Assembly: GCA_964348615.1 (NCBI GenBank)
Contig: CAYGDE010000001.1
Span: 9,096 to 73,095, forward strand
From: an uncultured Gammaproteobacteria bacterium
Lineage (GTDB): Bacteria; Patescibacteriota; Microgenomatia; Curtissbacterales; GWA2-41-24
Direction of reading: 5' to 3'
DNA: 64,000 nucleotides
A model generated the notes under the pieces. The model searched no databases, was not told the origin of the DNA, and worked only from the letters and a program-made list of their open reading frames with translations. Position 1 is the first letter of the stretch. Every line of letters begins with the position of its first letter. The position numbers and the translations under genes are program-made. Below, piece after piece: positions 55,877 through 64,000 of this stretch.

Positions 55877-56242
55877 ATGAAAATCATAAACTTTATCAAA
55901 AGCCCAATACTTTCCGAAAAAGCCTACAAACAAATGGAAAAAGGTGCTTACACGTTTCTCGTTGAAAAAGGTGCAAATAAAGCAAATATCAAAAAGGCAA
56001 TTGCAAGCCATTTTTCCGTAAAGGTAAAAAAAGTTAATATCACGATGATGCAGCCAAAAACCAAAAAAATCGCCAGAACAAGAAAAACAACAACTGTTGG
56101 AGGGGGTAAAAAAGCAACTGTTTGGCTTGAAAAAGGCCAGACAATTACCAACCTTTTACCAAAGTCAGAAAGCAAAAAGCCAACTAAAAAAAGCGGTGAA
56201 AAGGAAATAGAAAAATCATCGGTGGAAGGAAGGGAAGGATAA
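55877..56242 (+). CDS. rplW: 50S ribosomal protein L23
   Basis: Position and similarity. Confidence 0.9.
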   Translation: MKIINFIKSPILSEKAYKQMEKGAYTFLVEKGANKANIKKAIASHFSVKVKKVNITMMQPKTKKIARTRKTTTVGGGKKATVWLEKGQTITNLLPKSESKKPTKKSGEKEIEKSSVEGREG

Positions 56243-57067
56243 ATGCCTGTTAAAACTTATCGGGGCGGAACCCCAAGCCAAAGATTTAAATCGACGTTGG
56301 TGTTTGGAGACATCACCAAAACCGTACCAGAAAAATCATTAATTGGCCGAATTTTAAGAACTGGTGGCAGGACCAACGGAAAACTTACTGTTCGAGGAAT
56401 TAGCGGTGGCGCAAAAAGAAATTTTAGATATATCGATTTCAAACGTGACAAAAGAGGAATAATTGCAAAAGTAGCTGCAATTGAATACGACCCAAACCGC
56501 ACAGCCAATATTGCACTTTTGCACTACAAAGACGGCGAAAAAAGGTATATACTTGCGCCTCTGGGCTTAAAAGTTGGAACAGAGATTCAATCTTCTGACT
56601 CAGTTGCAGTTAAACCAGGCAATTCTATGCCTCTTGGCAAAATGCCAGTCGGAACAGTAGTTCACAACGTAGAGCTTACTCCGGGTAAAGGCGGCCAAAT
56701 AGTGAGAAGTGCCGGCGCAGGAGCCATTGTTGCAGCCAAAGAAGGCAACTGGGTACACTTGAAGCTTCCTTCCAAAGAAGTAAGGAAAATACACGACACC
56801 TGCTTTGCCACAATTGGCCAAGTTGGGAACATCGATTGGAAAAACGTAGTTTTAGGTAAAGCTGGAACGTCAAGGCATATGGGTAGGAAAGGTAAAGTTC
56901 GAGGTGTTGCACAGGATCCACGGTCTCACCCACACGGTGGAGGAGAAGCAAAGTCTGGTACTGGTATGCATCCAAAAACTAAGTGGGGCAAACCAGCCAT
57001 GGGTAACAGAACTAGAAACAAAAACAAACCGTCAAGCCGATTCATTTTGGTAAGGAGAAAGAAATAA
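56243..57067 (+). CDS. rplB: 50S ribosomal protein L2
   Basis: GRNxx[11 protein letters not shown]. Confidence 0.97.
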   Translation: MPVKTYRGGTPSQRFKSTLVFGDITKTVPEKSLIGRILRTGGRTNGKLTVRGISGGAKRNFRYIDFKRDKRGIIAKVAAIEYDPNRTANIALLHYKDGEKRYILAPLGLKVGTEIQSSDSVAVKPGNSMPLGKMPVGTVVHNVELTPGKGGQIVRSAGAGAIVAAKEGNWVHLKLPSKEVRKIHDTCFATIGQVGNIDWKNVVLGKAGTSRHMGRKGKVRGVAQDPRSHPHGGGEAKSGTGMHPKTKWGKPAMGNRTRNKNKPSSRFILVRRKK

Positions 57068-57351
57068 TGGCAAGATCTAGTAAAAAAGGTCCATACGTGG
57101 ACGAAAAATTAACAAAAAAAGTTATGGCGCAGAAAACGTCTGGTCAAAAGGCGGCCATAAAAACTTGGGCCAGAAACAGCCAAATTTCACCGGACTTTGT
57201 GAACCATACTTTTTCTGTGCACAATGGCAGAATTTTTATAAACGTTTTCGTTTCCGAACCGATGGTTGGCCACCGTCTTGGAGAATTTGCACCAACTAGA
57301 ACTTTTAGGGGTCACGGAAAGATAACCGAAAAGGCAACAGCTAAAAAATAA
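57067..57351 (+). CDS. rpsS: 30S ribosomal protein S19
   Basis: [10 protein letters not shown]...HNGR. Confidence 0.95.
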   Translation: MARSSKKGPYVDEKLTKKVMAQKTSGQKAAIKTWARNSQISPDFVNHTFSVHNGRIFINVFVSEPMVGHRLGEFAPTRTFRGHGKITEKATAKK

Positions 57352-57354
57352 TAT

Positions 57355-57756
57355 ATGACAACAGCAACTTCAACAGCTAAAAACTTAAGAATATCTCAAA
57401 AAAAGATGGGTTTTCTAGTCGACCAAATTAAAAAAATGTCGCCGCAGCAAGCCATCGACATTTTGGCATTTACCAATAAAGCTTCAAGCCAGCCTTTAAA
57501 AAAGGTCATCGGCTCAGCAATTGCCAATGCCAAAAATAATTTAGGCTTAGACCAAAACAGTCTAAAATTTAAAGCCATTTTAATAGAAAGAGGGCCAGCG
57601 TTTAAAAGATTTCGGCCGGTTTCCCGGGGAAGAGCCCACTCTATATTAAAGCGGACAACGCACTTAACAGTAACATTAGAAGGAGAACAAACAAAGAAAG
57701 TTACACCAGTAACAAATGAGTCAAATGTTGCAAGGGAGTCAAAGGAGAAGAAGTAA
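57355..57756 (+). CDS. rplV: 50S ribosomal protein L22
   Basis: Position and similarity. Confidence 0.9.
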   Translation: MTTATSTAKNLRISQKKMGFLVDQIKKMSPQQAIDILAFTNKASSQPLKKVIGSAIANAKNNLGLDQNSLKFKAILIERGPAFKRFRPVSRGRAHSILKRTTHLTVTLEGEQTKKVTPVTNESNVARESKEKK

Positions 57757-57758
57757 AT

Positions 57759-57795
57759 GAAAAACTACAAACTACAAACTATAAACTATAAACTT
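57759..57795 (+). repeat. heptamer microsatellite (AACTACA/AACTATA)x4.5 in the rplV-rpsC spacer
   Basis: aactacaaactacaaactataaactataaact. Confidence 0.8.
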
Positions 57796-57814
57796 GCGAC
57801 TGAAAGGAGCACTT

Positions 57815-58456
57815 GTGGGACAAAAAGTTAATCCAACCGGTTTTAGGCTTGGTACAGTTTACACTTGGAGTTCGCGCTGGTTTGCTCAAAACCCTCACGT
57901 ATACGCCAAGCAGCTTTTAGAAGATCAGCAAATGCGCAAGTTCTTAATGGAAAACTTAAAAGCAGCTGGTATTTGCAAGGTTGAAATTGAAAGGTCTTTT
58001 GACAAAAGAACAATTTTTTTGCACGTATCAAGGCCTGGAGTAGCAATAGGCAGAGGTGGGACCGGGATAGAACAATTAAAAGCGAATCTTTTGAAAAAGT
58101 TCAAAATTAAAGACGCAGGCAAAATGGAAATTAAGTTCGAAGAAGTAAAAGCGCCAGACTTGAATGCTTATTTAGTTGCAGTTAACATTGCAGATCAGCT
58201 TGCAAGACGTATTCCTTTTAGAAGGATTATGAACCAGTCTTTGGAAAGGGTCAAAAGGTCGGGCGCAAAAGGAGTAAGAATTTCTCTTGCCGGAAGACTC
58301 GGTGGTTCAGAAATTGCCAGGCGCGAAACCTTAAAAGACGGTTCAATTCCGCTGCACACAATAAGAGCAATTATTGATTATGGACAAGTAGACGCCAAAG
58401 TCCCAAAAGCTGGAATTGTTGGCATAAAAGTCTGGATAAATAAGGGTGAGAGCTAA
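57815..58456 (+). CDS. rpsC: 30S ribosomal protein S3 (GTG start after the AAAGGAG RBS)
   Basis: VGQKVNPTGFRLG matches the canonical S3 N-terminus; KH domain. Confidence 0.93.
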   Translation: MGQKVNPTGFRLGTVYTWSSRWFAQNPHVYAKQLLEDQQMRKFLMENLKAAGICKVEIERSFDKRTIFLHVSRPGVAIGRGGTGIEQLKANLLKKFKIKDAGKMEIKFEEVKAPDLNAYLVAVNIADQLARRIPFRRIMNQSLERVKRSGAKGVRISLAGRLGGSEIARRETLKDGSIPLHTIRAIIDYGQVDAKVPKAGIVGIKVWINKGES

Positions 58457-58517
58457 AGATCTCCCCCTTGCGAGAACTTACAGTTCTCTAAAAGGTGAAA
58501 GTTAAGAAAGGAAATTT

Positions 58518-58922
58518 ATGTTAGCGCCGAAAAGAGCAAAGTATAGAAAGCAATTTAGAAATAAAAGAGGAGGCGTGGCAACACGCGGTACATCTCTTGC
58601 CTTTGGCTCATATGGTCTAAAAAGCGAAGAAGCTGCTTGGATTACTGCAAGGCAAATCGAAGCAGCCAGGCGTGCAATGACTCATTACACCAAAAGAGGT
58701 GGCCGTATTTGGATTAGGATTTTTCCAGACAAACCTATTACCAAAAAACCAGCAGAAACCCGTATGGGTTCTGGAAAAGGAGAAGTAGACCAATATGTAG
58801 CAGTTGTAAAACCGGGAGTTATACTTTTTGAAATGGGAGCAATTGAAGGGACAATCGCAACTGAAGCACTAAGGCTCGCTGCATATAAATTGCCAATAAA
58901 AACAAGAATAATATCAAAATGA
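58518..58922 (+). CDS. rplP: 50S ribosomal protein L16
   Basis: [19 protein letters not shown]. Confidence 0.95.
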   Translation: MLAPKRAKYRKQFRNKRGGVATRGTSLAFGSYGLKSEEAAWITARQIEAARRAMTHYTKRGGRIWIRIFPDKPITKKPAETRMGSGKGEVDQYVAVVKPGVILFEMGAIEGTIATEALRLAAYKLPIKTRIISK

Positions 58923-59152
58923 AAAAGAAAGATTTACAAGATTTAAAGACAGGCAGCACACAAAAGCTAAAAAAAGTAATTGTAGACACAGAAGCTGAAA
59001 TTGCAAAGCTTAACCTAGATAGCCAAAAAGAAAAGTCTAAAAACGTACACATAGTTCGCCAAAAGCGAAAAGACATAGCAAAGGCAATGACAATACTTGC
59101 TCAAAAATTATTTGAAGAAAAATCTAAGGAGGCAACAAATGTCGCAAAGTAA
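58919..59152 (+). CDS. rpmC: 50S ribosomal protein L29
   Basis: Position and helical pattern. Confidence 0.85.
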   Translation: MKKKDLQDLKTGSTQKLKKVIVDTEAEIAKLNLDSQKEKSKNVHIVRQKRKDIAKAMTILAQKLFEEKSKEATNVAK

Positions 59153-59369
59153 AACCGGTACAGTCGATTCAGCAAAAATGCAAAAGACTATCGTTGTGAA
59201 AGTTGTGCAAAAAGTAAAGCATCCTTTTTACAAAAAATTGATAACTAAAACATCAACTTATAAAGCACATGATGAAATTGGAGTATCTGTTGGGCAAAAG
59301 GTAAAGATAGTAGAAACCAAACCAATATCAAAATCAGTCCATTTTAAAGTTGAGAAGGTCATAAAATAA
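59139..59369 (+). CDS. rpsQ: 30S ribosomal protein S17 (ATG after the AAGGAGG RBS)
   Basis: [22 protein letters not shown]. Confidence 0.9.
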   Translation: MSQSKTGTVDSAKMQKTIVVKVVQKVKHPFYKKLITKTSTYKAHDEIGVSVGQKVKIVETKPISKSVHFKVEKVIK

Positions 59370-59370
59370 C

Positions 59371-59739
59371 ATGTTACAAAGACGCACAGTATTAAAAGTA
59401 GCAGATAACACCGGAGCAAAAAGCCTTTATATAATTGGCCTTGCAAAGGGTAGCGGTAAAAGGTTCGGCAAGTTAGGAGAGGTTGTTACTTGTGTTGTTC
59501 GGGGTGCAAACCCACTTGGTGCTGTAAAAGATCACGAAAAAGTAAAAGCTGTAATTGTCAGAACCAAAAAAGAGACCGGTAGAAAAGACGGCTCATACAT
59601 TCGTTTTTCAGACAATGCAGCAGTAATTATTGACGCAGCTAATGTACCAAGAGGAACGCGTGTGTTTGGCCCAATTGCTCAGGAAATAAAACAAAGAGGA
59701 TTTGCCAAAATTGCATCACTTGCCAAGGAGGTCATCTAA
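59371..59739 (+). CDS. rplN: 50S ribosomal protein L14
   Basis: MLQRRTVLKVADNTGAK. Confidence 0.97.
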   Translation: MLQRRTVLKVADNTGAKSLYIIGLAKGSGKRFGKLGEVVTCVVRGANPLGAVKDHEKVKAVIVRTKKETGRKDGSYIRFSDNAAVIIDAANVPRGTRVFGPIAQEIKQRGFAKIASLAKEVI

Positions 59740-60051
59740 ATGTATAAGTACAAAGTTGGTGATCAAGTACAAGTAACAACAGGCAAAGACAAAGGCAAAA
59801 AAGGCAAGGTAGAAAAAGTTTTAGAGACTGAGAATAAACTTATTGTTTCGGGTGTTAATGTTTACAAAAGACACAGGAAAGTTTCAGCCAGACAAGCTGC
59901 TGGAATTTATGAAATAACCAGGCCAATATTGGCCTCAAAAGTTGCAATAATATGTCCAAAGTGTGGCAAATTAACAAGGGTTGGATTTCAAATGGATGGG
60001 AAAATTAAAATAAGAACTTGCAAAAAATGCAAAGGGACAATAACTGTCTAA
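59740..60051 (+). CDS. rplX: 50S ribosomal protein L24, Cys4 zinc-ribbon variant
   Basis: KOW motif KVGDQVQVTTGKDKGKKGKV; C-terminal CPKCG...CKKCKG. Confidence 0.93.
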   Translation: MYKYKVGDQVQVTTGKDKGKKGKVEKVLETENKLIVSGVNVYKRHRKVSARQAAGIYEITRPILASKVAIICPKCGKLTRVGFQMDGKIKIRTCKKCKGTITV

Positions 60052-60058
60052 AAATAAT

Positions 60059-60604
60059 ATGGATACCTATATACAAAAAAAATACAAGGAAGAAGTGCTG
60101 CCAAAACTAAAAGAAGAATTTGGTCTTAAAAATGATTTAGGGGCCCCCTATATCGAGAAAGTCGTTCTAAATATGGGTCTTGCTGAAGCTTCCGGCAACA
60201 AAGAAGTTATGGAAAAGGCAAGAGAGCAGTTAGCGCAAATAGCAGGCCAAAAGCCAAAAAATACAAAGGCAAAAAAAGCTATTTCAAATTTCAAACTAAG
60301 ACAAGGAGACCAAATAGGGCTAATGGTAACCTTAAGGAAAAAAAAGGCTTGGGATTTTTTGGAAAAATTTATAAAGATAGTAATGCCAAGAATGAGAGAT
60401 TTTAGAGGTCTTAGCAAAACAAATTTTGATGCAAATGGTAATTATAGTCTTGGGATAACTGAACAAATACTTTTTCCCGAAATTGACTATTCTAAAATCG
60501 ATAAGATAAGAGGACTCGTTTTGTCACTGGTAATTAAAAACAGCGATAAGGAAAAATCAGCAAGATTAATGGAACTATTAGGAGTTCCTTTTAAAAAGAA
60601 TTAA
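60059..60604 (+). CDS. rplE: 50S ribosomal protein L5
   Basis: Whole-length L5 similarity. Confidence 0.95.
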   Translation: MDTYIQKKYKEEVLPKLKEEFGLKNDLGAPYIEKVVLNMGLAEASGNKEVMEKAREQLAQIAGQKPKNTKAKKAISNFKLRQGDQIGLMVTLRKKKAWDFLEKFIKIVMPRMRDFRGLSKTNFDANGNYSLGITEQILFPEIDYSKIDKIRGLVLSLVIKNSDKEKSARLMELLGVPFKKN

Positions 60605-60628
60605 AAATGAAAACAATTAAGTGAATTT

Positions 60629-60814
60629 ATGGCAAAAACATCTAAAATTGTAAAAAATAATAAAGTTCAAAAATTCGAAGTACGGCATCGGAATAGATGT
60701 CACTTATGCGGAAGACCAAGAGCGTACCTAAGATTATTTGGTATATGTCGTATTTGTTTCAGAAAACTTGCCCACAAAGGAGAGATACCAGGGGTAACTA
60801 AATCATCTTGGTAA
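60629..60814 (+). CDS. rpsN: 30S ribosomal protein S14, type Z (zinc-binding)
   Basis: 61 aa; [10 protein letters not shown]...CRICFR. Confidence 0.95.
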   Translation: MAKTSKIVKNNKVQKFEVRHRNRCHLCGRPRAYLRLFGICRICFRKLAHKGEIPGVTKSSW

Positions 60815-60821
60815 AAATTAT

Positions 60822-61196
60822 ATGGATCCAATAGCAGATATGTTAATTGCAATTAAAAACGGTTACATGGCCAAAAAGCCAAAAATTGCCATGCCTTATT
60901 CAAAATTTAAGTTAGCGGTGGCAAAAGTGTTGGAAAAAGAAAAATTTGTCCAAAAAGTTGAAATGCAGGACAAGGTTATTGAAATCGAATTAATTTATGA
61001 AAATAAAAAACCAAAAATTGAAAATATTAAAAAAATGTCTAAATTAGGACTGCGCGTTTACGTTAAAAGTAAAAACATTAAATCGATAAGAGGGGGGAGA
61101 GGTTTGACAATTATTTCAACCCCTCAAGGTGTAATGAGTGGCAAAGAAGCAAGGGCCAAAAATTTAGGAGGAGAGTTAATCTGCCAAATTTGGTAG
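60822..61196 (+). CDS. rpsH: 30S ribosomal protein S8
   Basis: DPIADMLIAIKNG. Confidence 0.95.
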   Translation: MDPIADMLIAIKNGYMAKKPKIAMPYSKFKLAVAKVLEKEKFVQKVEMQDKVIEIELIYENKKPKIENIKKMSKLGLRVYVKSKNIKSIRGGRGLTIISTPQGVMSGKEARAKNLGGELICQIW

Positions 61197-61207
61197 ATTA
61201 AAAAACG

Positions 61208-61750
61208 ATGTCAAAAATAGGTAAACAACCAGTACAAGTTCCACAAGGGGTAAACGTTGCAGTGGAAAATATGCATGTTGCAGTTAGTGGGCCGAAAGGC
61301 AATCTTGTTTTCATGCTAAGGCCAGAAGTAAATGTTGAATTAAAAGATACAAATGTTGTAGTTACTCGAAAAAACGAGACCAAACTAGCCAAATCGTTGC
61401 ATGGTTTAACAAGAAGTGTTATTGCAAATATGGTAAAAGGAGTACAAGATGGTCATCAGAAAGTTTTAGAATTGGTAGGTGTCGGTTATCGCGCAACCAA
61501 ACAAGGAGAGAATTTAGTCCTTAATGTTGGCTATTCTCACCCTGTAATTATCGACCAAATACCCGGTATTCAAATAGAAACAAAAGAAAATAAAATAATT
61601 GTTTCTGGTGCAGATAAAGTTCTAGTCGGAGAAACAGCCGCAAAAATCCGAAGAGTCCGCCCACCTGAACCTTATAAAGGAAAAGGGATTAAATACTCAG
61701 GCGAACACATAAGACGAAAAGCAGGTAAAGCTCAGAAAGCGGCAGCATAA
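61208..61750 (+). CDS. rplF: 50S ribosomal protein L6
   Basis: MSKIGKQPVQVPQGV. Confidence 0.95.
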   Translation: MSKIGKQPVQVPQGVNVAVENMHVAVSGPKGNLVFMLRPEVNVELKDTNVVVTRKNETKLAKSLHGLTRSVIANMVKGVQDGHQKVLELVGVGYRATKQGENLVLNVGYSHPVIIDQIPGIQIETKENKIIVSGADKVLVGETAAKIRRVRPPEPYKGKGIKYSGEHIRRKAGKAQKAAA

Positions 61751-61754
61751 AAAC

Positions 61755-62102
61755 ATGACAAACCAAAGAAATCAAAGAGTTTTAAGACATAAGCGGGTCG
61801 CCAAAAAACTTCGAAAAGTTACAGGTGTGCCAAGGCTGGTTGTATTCAAATCAAATAAATATATATATGCCCAAGTGATAGACGATAACGAATCTAAAAC
61901 TTTAGCCTATGCTTCGGATCTGAAATCAAAGCCGGAAAAAGGCAACAAATTAATAAGATCCAAAAAGGTAGGGGAAGATCTTGCTAAAGAAGCGATCAAA
62001 AAAAACATAAAAAAAGTTATGTTTGATAGGGCAGGATATAAATATCATGGCCGAGTTAAAGCCTTAGCAGAAGGTGCAAGAGAAGGAGGATTAAATTTTT
62101 AA
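61755..62102 (+). CDS. rplR: 50S ribosomal protein L18
   Basis: Position and similarity. Confidence 0.9.
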   Translation: MTNQRNQRVLRHKRVAKKLRKVTGVPRLVVFKSNKYIYAQVIDDNESKTLAYASDLKSKPEKGNKLIRSKKVGEDLAKEAIKKNIKKVMFDRAGYKYHGRVKALAEGAREGGLNF

Positions 62103-62103
62103 T

Positions 62104-62571
62104 ATGCAGCCAAATCGAAGAATGCAATATCAAGACAATACGCCAAAAGAATTTGAAGAAAAAGTAATTCAAGTAAACCGTGTTTCTAAAAAAACTCAAG
62201 GGGGAAATAGAATAGCTTTTTCAGTGTTGATGGTAATTGGGGACAAAAAAGGCCGTGTTGGTGTTGGGCTAGGAAAAGCACGCGACGTTTCTTCGGCAAT
62301 TAGAAAAGCTGTTGCTTATGCAAAAAAACATCTAATAGAAGTTCCTATTAAAGATGGAACGATTCCTCACGATATTTTTCTAAAATTGGGCGCAGCCAAA
62401 GTTCTTTTGAAGCCGGCGCCAGAAGGTTCTGGAGTAATTGCAGGTGGAGCTGTGAGAAACGTTGTAGAGGCAGCCGGCATTAGAAATATTTCAAGTAAAG
62501 TGTTAGGCACCAAAAACCAGGCATCCAATGTATATGCGACACTCGAAGCGCTTTCAAGACTTTCAAAATGA
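62104..62571 (+). CDS. rpsE: 30S ribosomal protein S5
   Basis: VIQVNRVSKKTQGGNRIAFSVLMVIGDKKGRVGVGLGKARDV. Confidence 0.95.
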   Translation: MQPNRRMQYQDNTPKEFEEKVIQVNRVSKKTQGGNRIAFSVLMVIGDKKGRVGVGLGKARDVSSAIRKAVAYAKKHLIEVPIKDGTIPHDIFLKLGAAKVLLKPAPEGSGVIAGGAVRNVVEAAGIRNISSKVLGTKNQASNVYATLEALSRLSK

Positions 62572-63020
62572 AATTAAACGAGATAAAAAAAATTAAAACA
62601 AAAAACGCAAAAAGGATAGGTAGAGGCCCCGGTTCCGGTAAAGGTAAGACCAGCGGAAAAGGGACAAAAGGTCAAAACGCAAGAGGAAAACTTTCTTTAG
62701 GGCATTCTCATTTCGAAGGTGGACAAAGACCACTTTTTAAAAGACTTCCATACAGAAGAGGAAAAGGTAATAAATCTCTTTCTAAAAAACCTCTAGTTAT
62801 TAATTTGGAAGTTCTTAATAAATTACCAAAAGATTCTGTTGTTAACTTAGATATTTTAATTAAACACCAATTAATCAACAGCACCGACGCGAAAAAGTTT
62901 GGAGTCAAGATTTTAGGCAATGGAGATTTACAAAACAGTCTGACAATTAGTCTTCCAATTTCAAAAAGTGCCATCCAAAAAGTCGAAAAAGCGGGTGGCA
63001 AAATCATAGCCGCAAAATGA
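62568..63020 (+). CDS. rplO: 50S ribosomal protein L15 (directly follows rpsE; there is no rpmD/L30 gene)
   Basis: [25 protein letters not shown]. Confidence 0.93.
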   Translation: MKLNEIKKIKTKNAKRIGRGPGSGKGKTSGKGTKGQNARGKLSLGHSHFEGGQRPLFKRLPYRRGKGNKSLSKKPLVINLEVLNKLPKDSVVNLDILIKHQLINSTDAKKFGVKILGNGDLQNSLTISLPISKSAIQKVEKAGGKIIAAK

Positions 63021-63024
63021 TAAT

Positions 63025-64000
63025 ATGAACTATTTGCAGACTGTCCTAAACGTTTTTAAAGTCAAAGAACTGCGGAAAAAAATTCTCTTCACCGCTTTTA
63101 TTCTTTTAGTATTTAGAATGTTTGTTTATGTTCCAGTGCCCGGAGTAGATATTGCTTCGCTAAAACAACTTTTTTCCCAAAGCCAACTACTTTCACTTTT
63201 AGACATCTTTTCCGGAGGCACACTCGCAAACTTTTCTGTTATGTCTTTGGGGCTAAACCCATACATTAATGCCAGCATTATAATGCAGCTTTTGCAAATG
63301 GTAATTCCAAAGTTGGAAGAGATGGCAAAAGAGGGAGAAGCCGAAAGAGAAAAAATTAATCAGTACACTCGCTACATTACCGTTCCGCTTGCAGCCGTAC
63401 AATCATTTGGAATGTATATACTTTTAAAAAATTCTCAAATTATTTCAGACGTAACTCCGATTACACTGCTTACTTTAGTTGTCACAATGACGGCAGGAAC
63501 TATTCTTTTAATGTGGCTTGGAGAATTATTAACAGAAAAAGGAATAGGCAATGGGATCTCGATGATTATTTTTGCCGGTATTGCTGGCAGGCTTCCAATC
63601 GAAATTTTTCAAACAGCATCGGTTTTCGACCCAAGCCAACTTAGAAACATTATCATCTTTGCGATAATGGCAATATTGGTAGTTATTTCCATTGTTGTAG
63701 TAACAGAAGCAAGACGACCAATTAAGGTAAACTATTCTAGAAGATCGACAGGACCAACTGAAACTGGAGTCTCCAGTTTTATTCCTCTCAGGTTAAACCA
63801 AGCAGGAGTTATTCCAATTATTTTTGCTGTTTCACTAATTCTCCTTCCCACTACATTTGCTACTTTCTTCGAAAGGTCTCCCAATGTTTTTATAGCTAAC
63901 CTTGCGCAAGACATGCAGAGATTGTTTAATCCAAATGATATTCCTTACAATGTCACCTATTTTGCACTAGTTGTTGTTTTTACTTACTTTTACACAACAG
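63025..64000 (+). CDS. secY: preprotein translocase SecY, 3'-partial (runs off the window end)
   Basis: ATG at 63025 ([23 protein letters not shown]...). It has an open frame to the end of the window, so it is absent from the ORF track. Confidence 0.9.
   Translation, partial: MNYLQTVLNVFKVKELRKKILFTAFILLVFRMFVYVPVPGVDIASLKQLFSQSQLLSLLDIFSGGTLANFSVMSLGLNPYINASIIMQLLQMVIPKLEEMAKEGEAEREKINQYTRYITVPLAAVQSFGMYILLKNSQIISDVTPITLLTLVVTMTAGTILLMWLGELLTEKGIGNGISMIIFAGIAGRLPIEIFQTASVFDPSQLRNIIIFAIMAILVVISIVVVTEARRPIKVNYSRRSTGPTETGVSSFIPLRLNQAGVIPIIFAVSLILLPTTFATFFERSPNVFIANLAQDMQRLFNPNDIPYNVTYFALVVVFTYFYTT

Noticed and set aside
57759-57795. Tandem heptamers considered as a CRISPR or other array.
   Set aside because: There are only 4.5 units of 7 nt with no spacers. 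It is a simple microsatellite between rplV and rpsC.

Overview
This is a gene-dense, low-GC bacterial chromosome segment, almost entirely housekeeping. Its hallmarks fit a Candidate Phyla Radiation / Patescibacteria-type genome: there is no rpmD between rpsE and rplO, IF-2 is a short form that starts at the G domain, HrcA and AlaRS are short forms, S12 carries a C-terminal Ala-rich tail, S14 is the Zn type, L24 has a Cys4 extension, and Shine-Dalgarno sequences are frequently weak. Gene order runs in five blocks. (1) A cell-envelope/DNA-repair block: UvrD-nuclease fusion, a PKD surface protein, a methyltransferase, FemAB, a PAP2-like protein, a second UvrD/PcrA, trxA, tpiA, an LCP protein, rpsT, murJ and lepA. 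(2) A CIRCE-controlled hrcA-grpE-dnaK-[two unknown genes]-dnaJ operon. (3) nusA-infB-[degenerate DHH/DHHA1 protein]-rpsO-pnp. (4) A Lon-derived AAA+ ATPase without a protease domain, ftsK, a rodZ-like gene, a metzincin, alaS, and a sortase locus with a large membrane protein; then ruvX and mltG. (5) rpoB-rpoC-rpsL-rpsG-[GreA-N-like small gene]-fusA-tuf, then the S10/spc ribosomal-protein cluster through to a partial secY. I could not support any rRNA, tRNA, CRISPR array, transposase or integrase. The most unusual sequence-level signals are small GC-rich palindromic mini-insertions. One lies in frame inside rplD and contains an ATTCCC-N8-GGGAAT hairpin. Another is a 43-nt GC-rich spacer sitting between the lepA 3' end and a synonymously diverged second copy of lepA's last 15 codons. 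Promoters are near-consensus TTGACA-17/18-TATAAT and were easy to spot; several leader hairpins and alternative-hairpin elements are listed. The supplied ORF track mislabels one gene strand (2295..2948 is on the minus strand).
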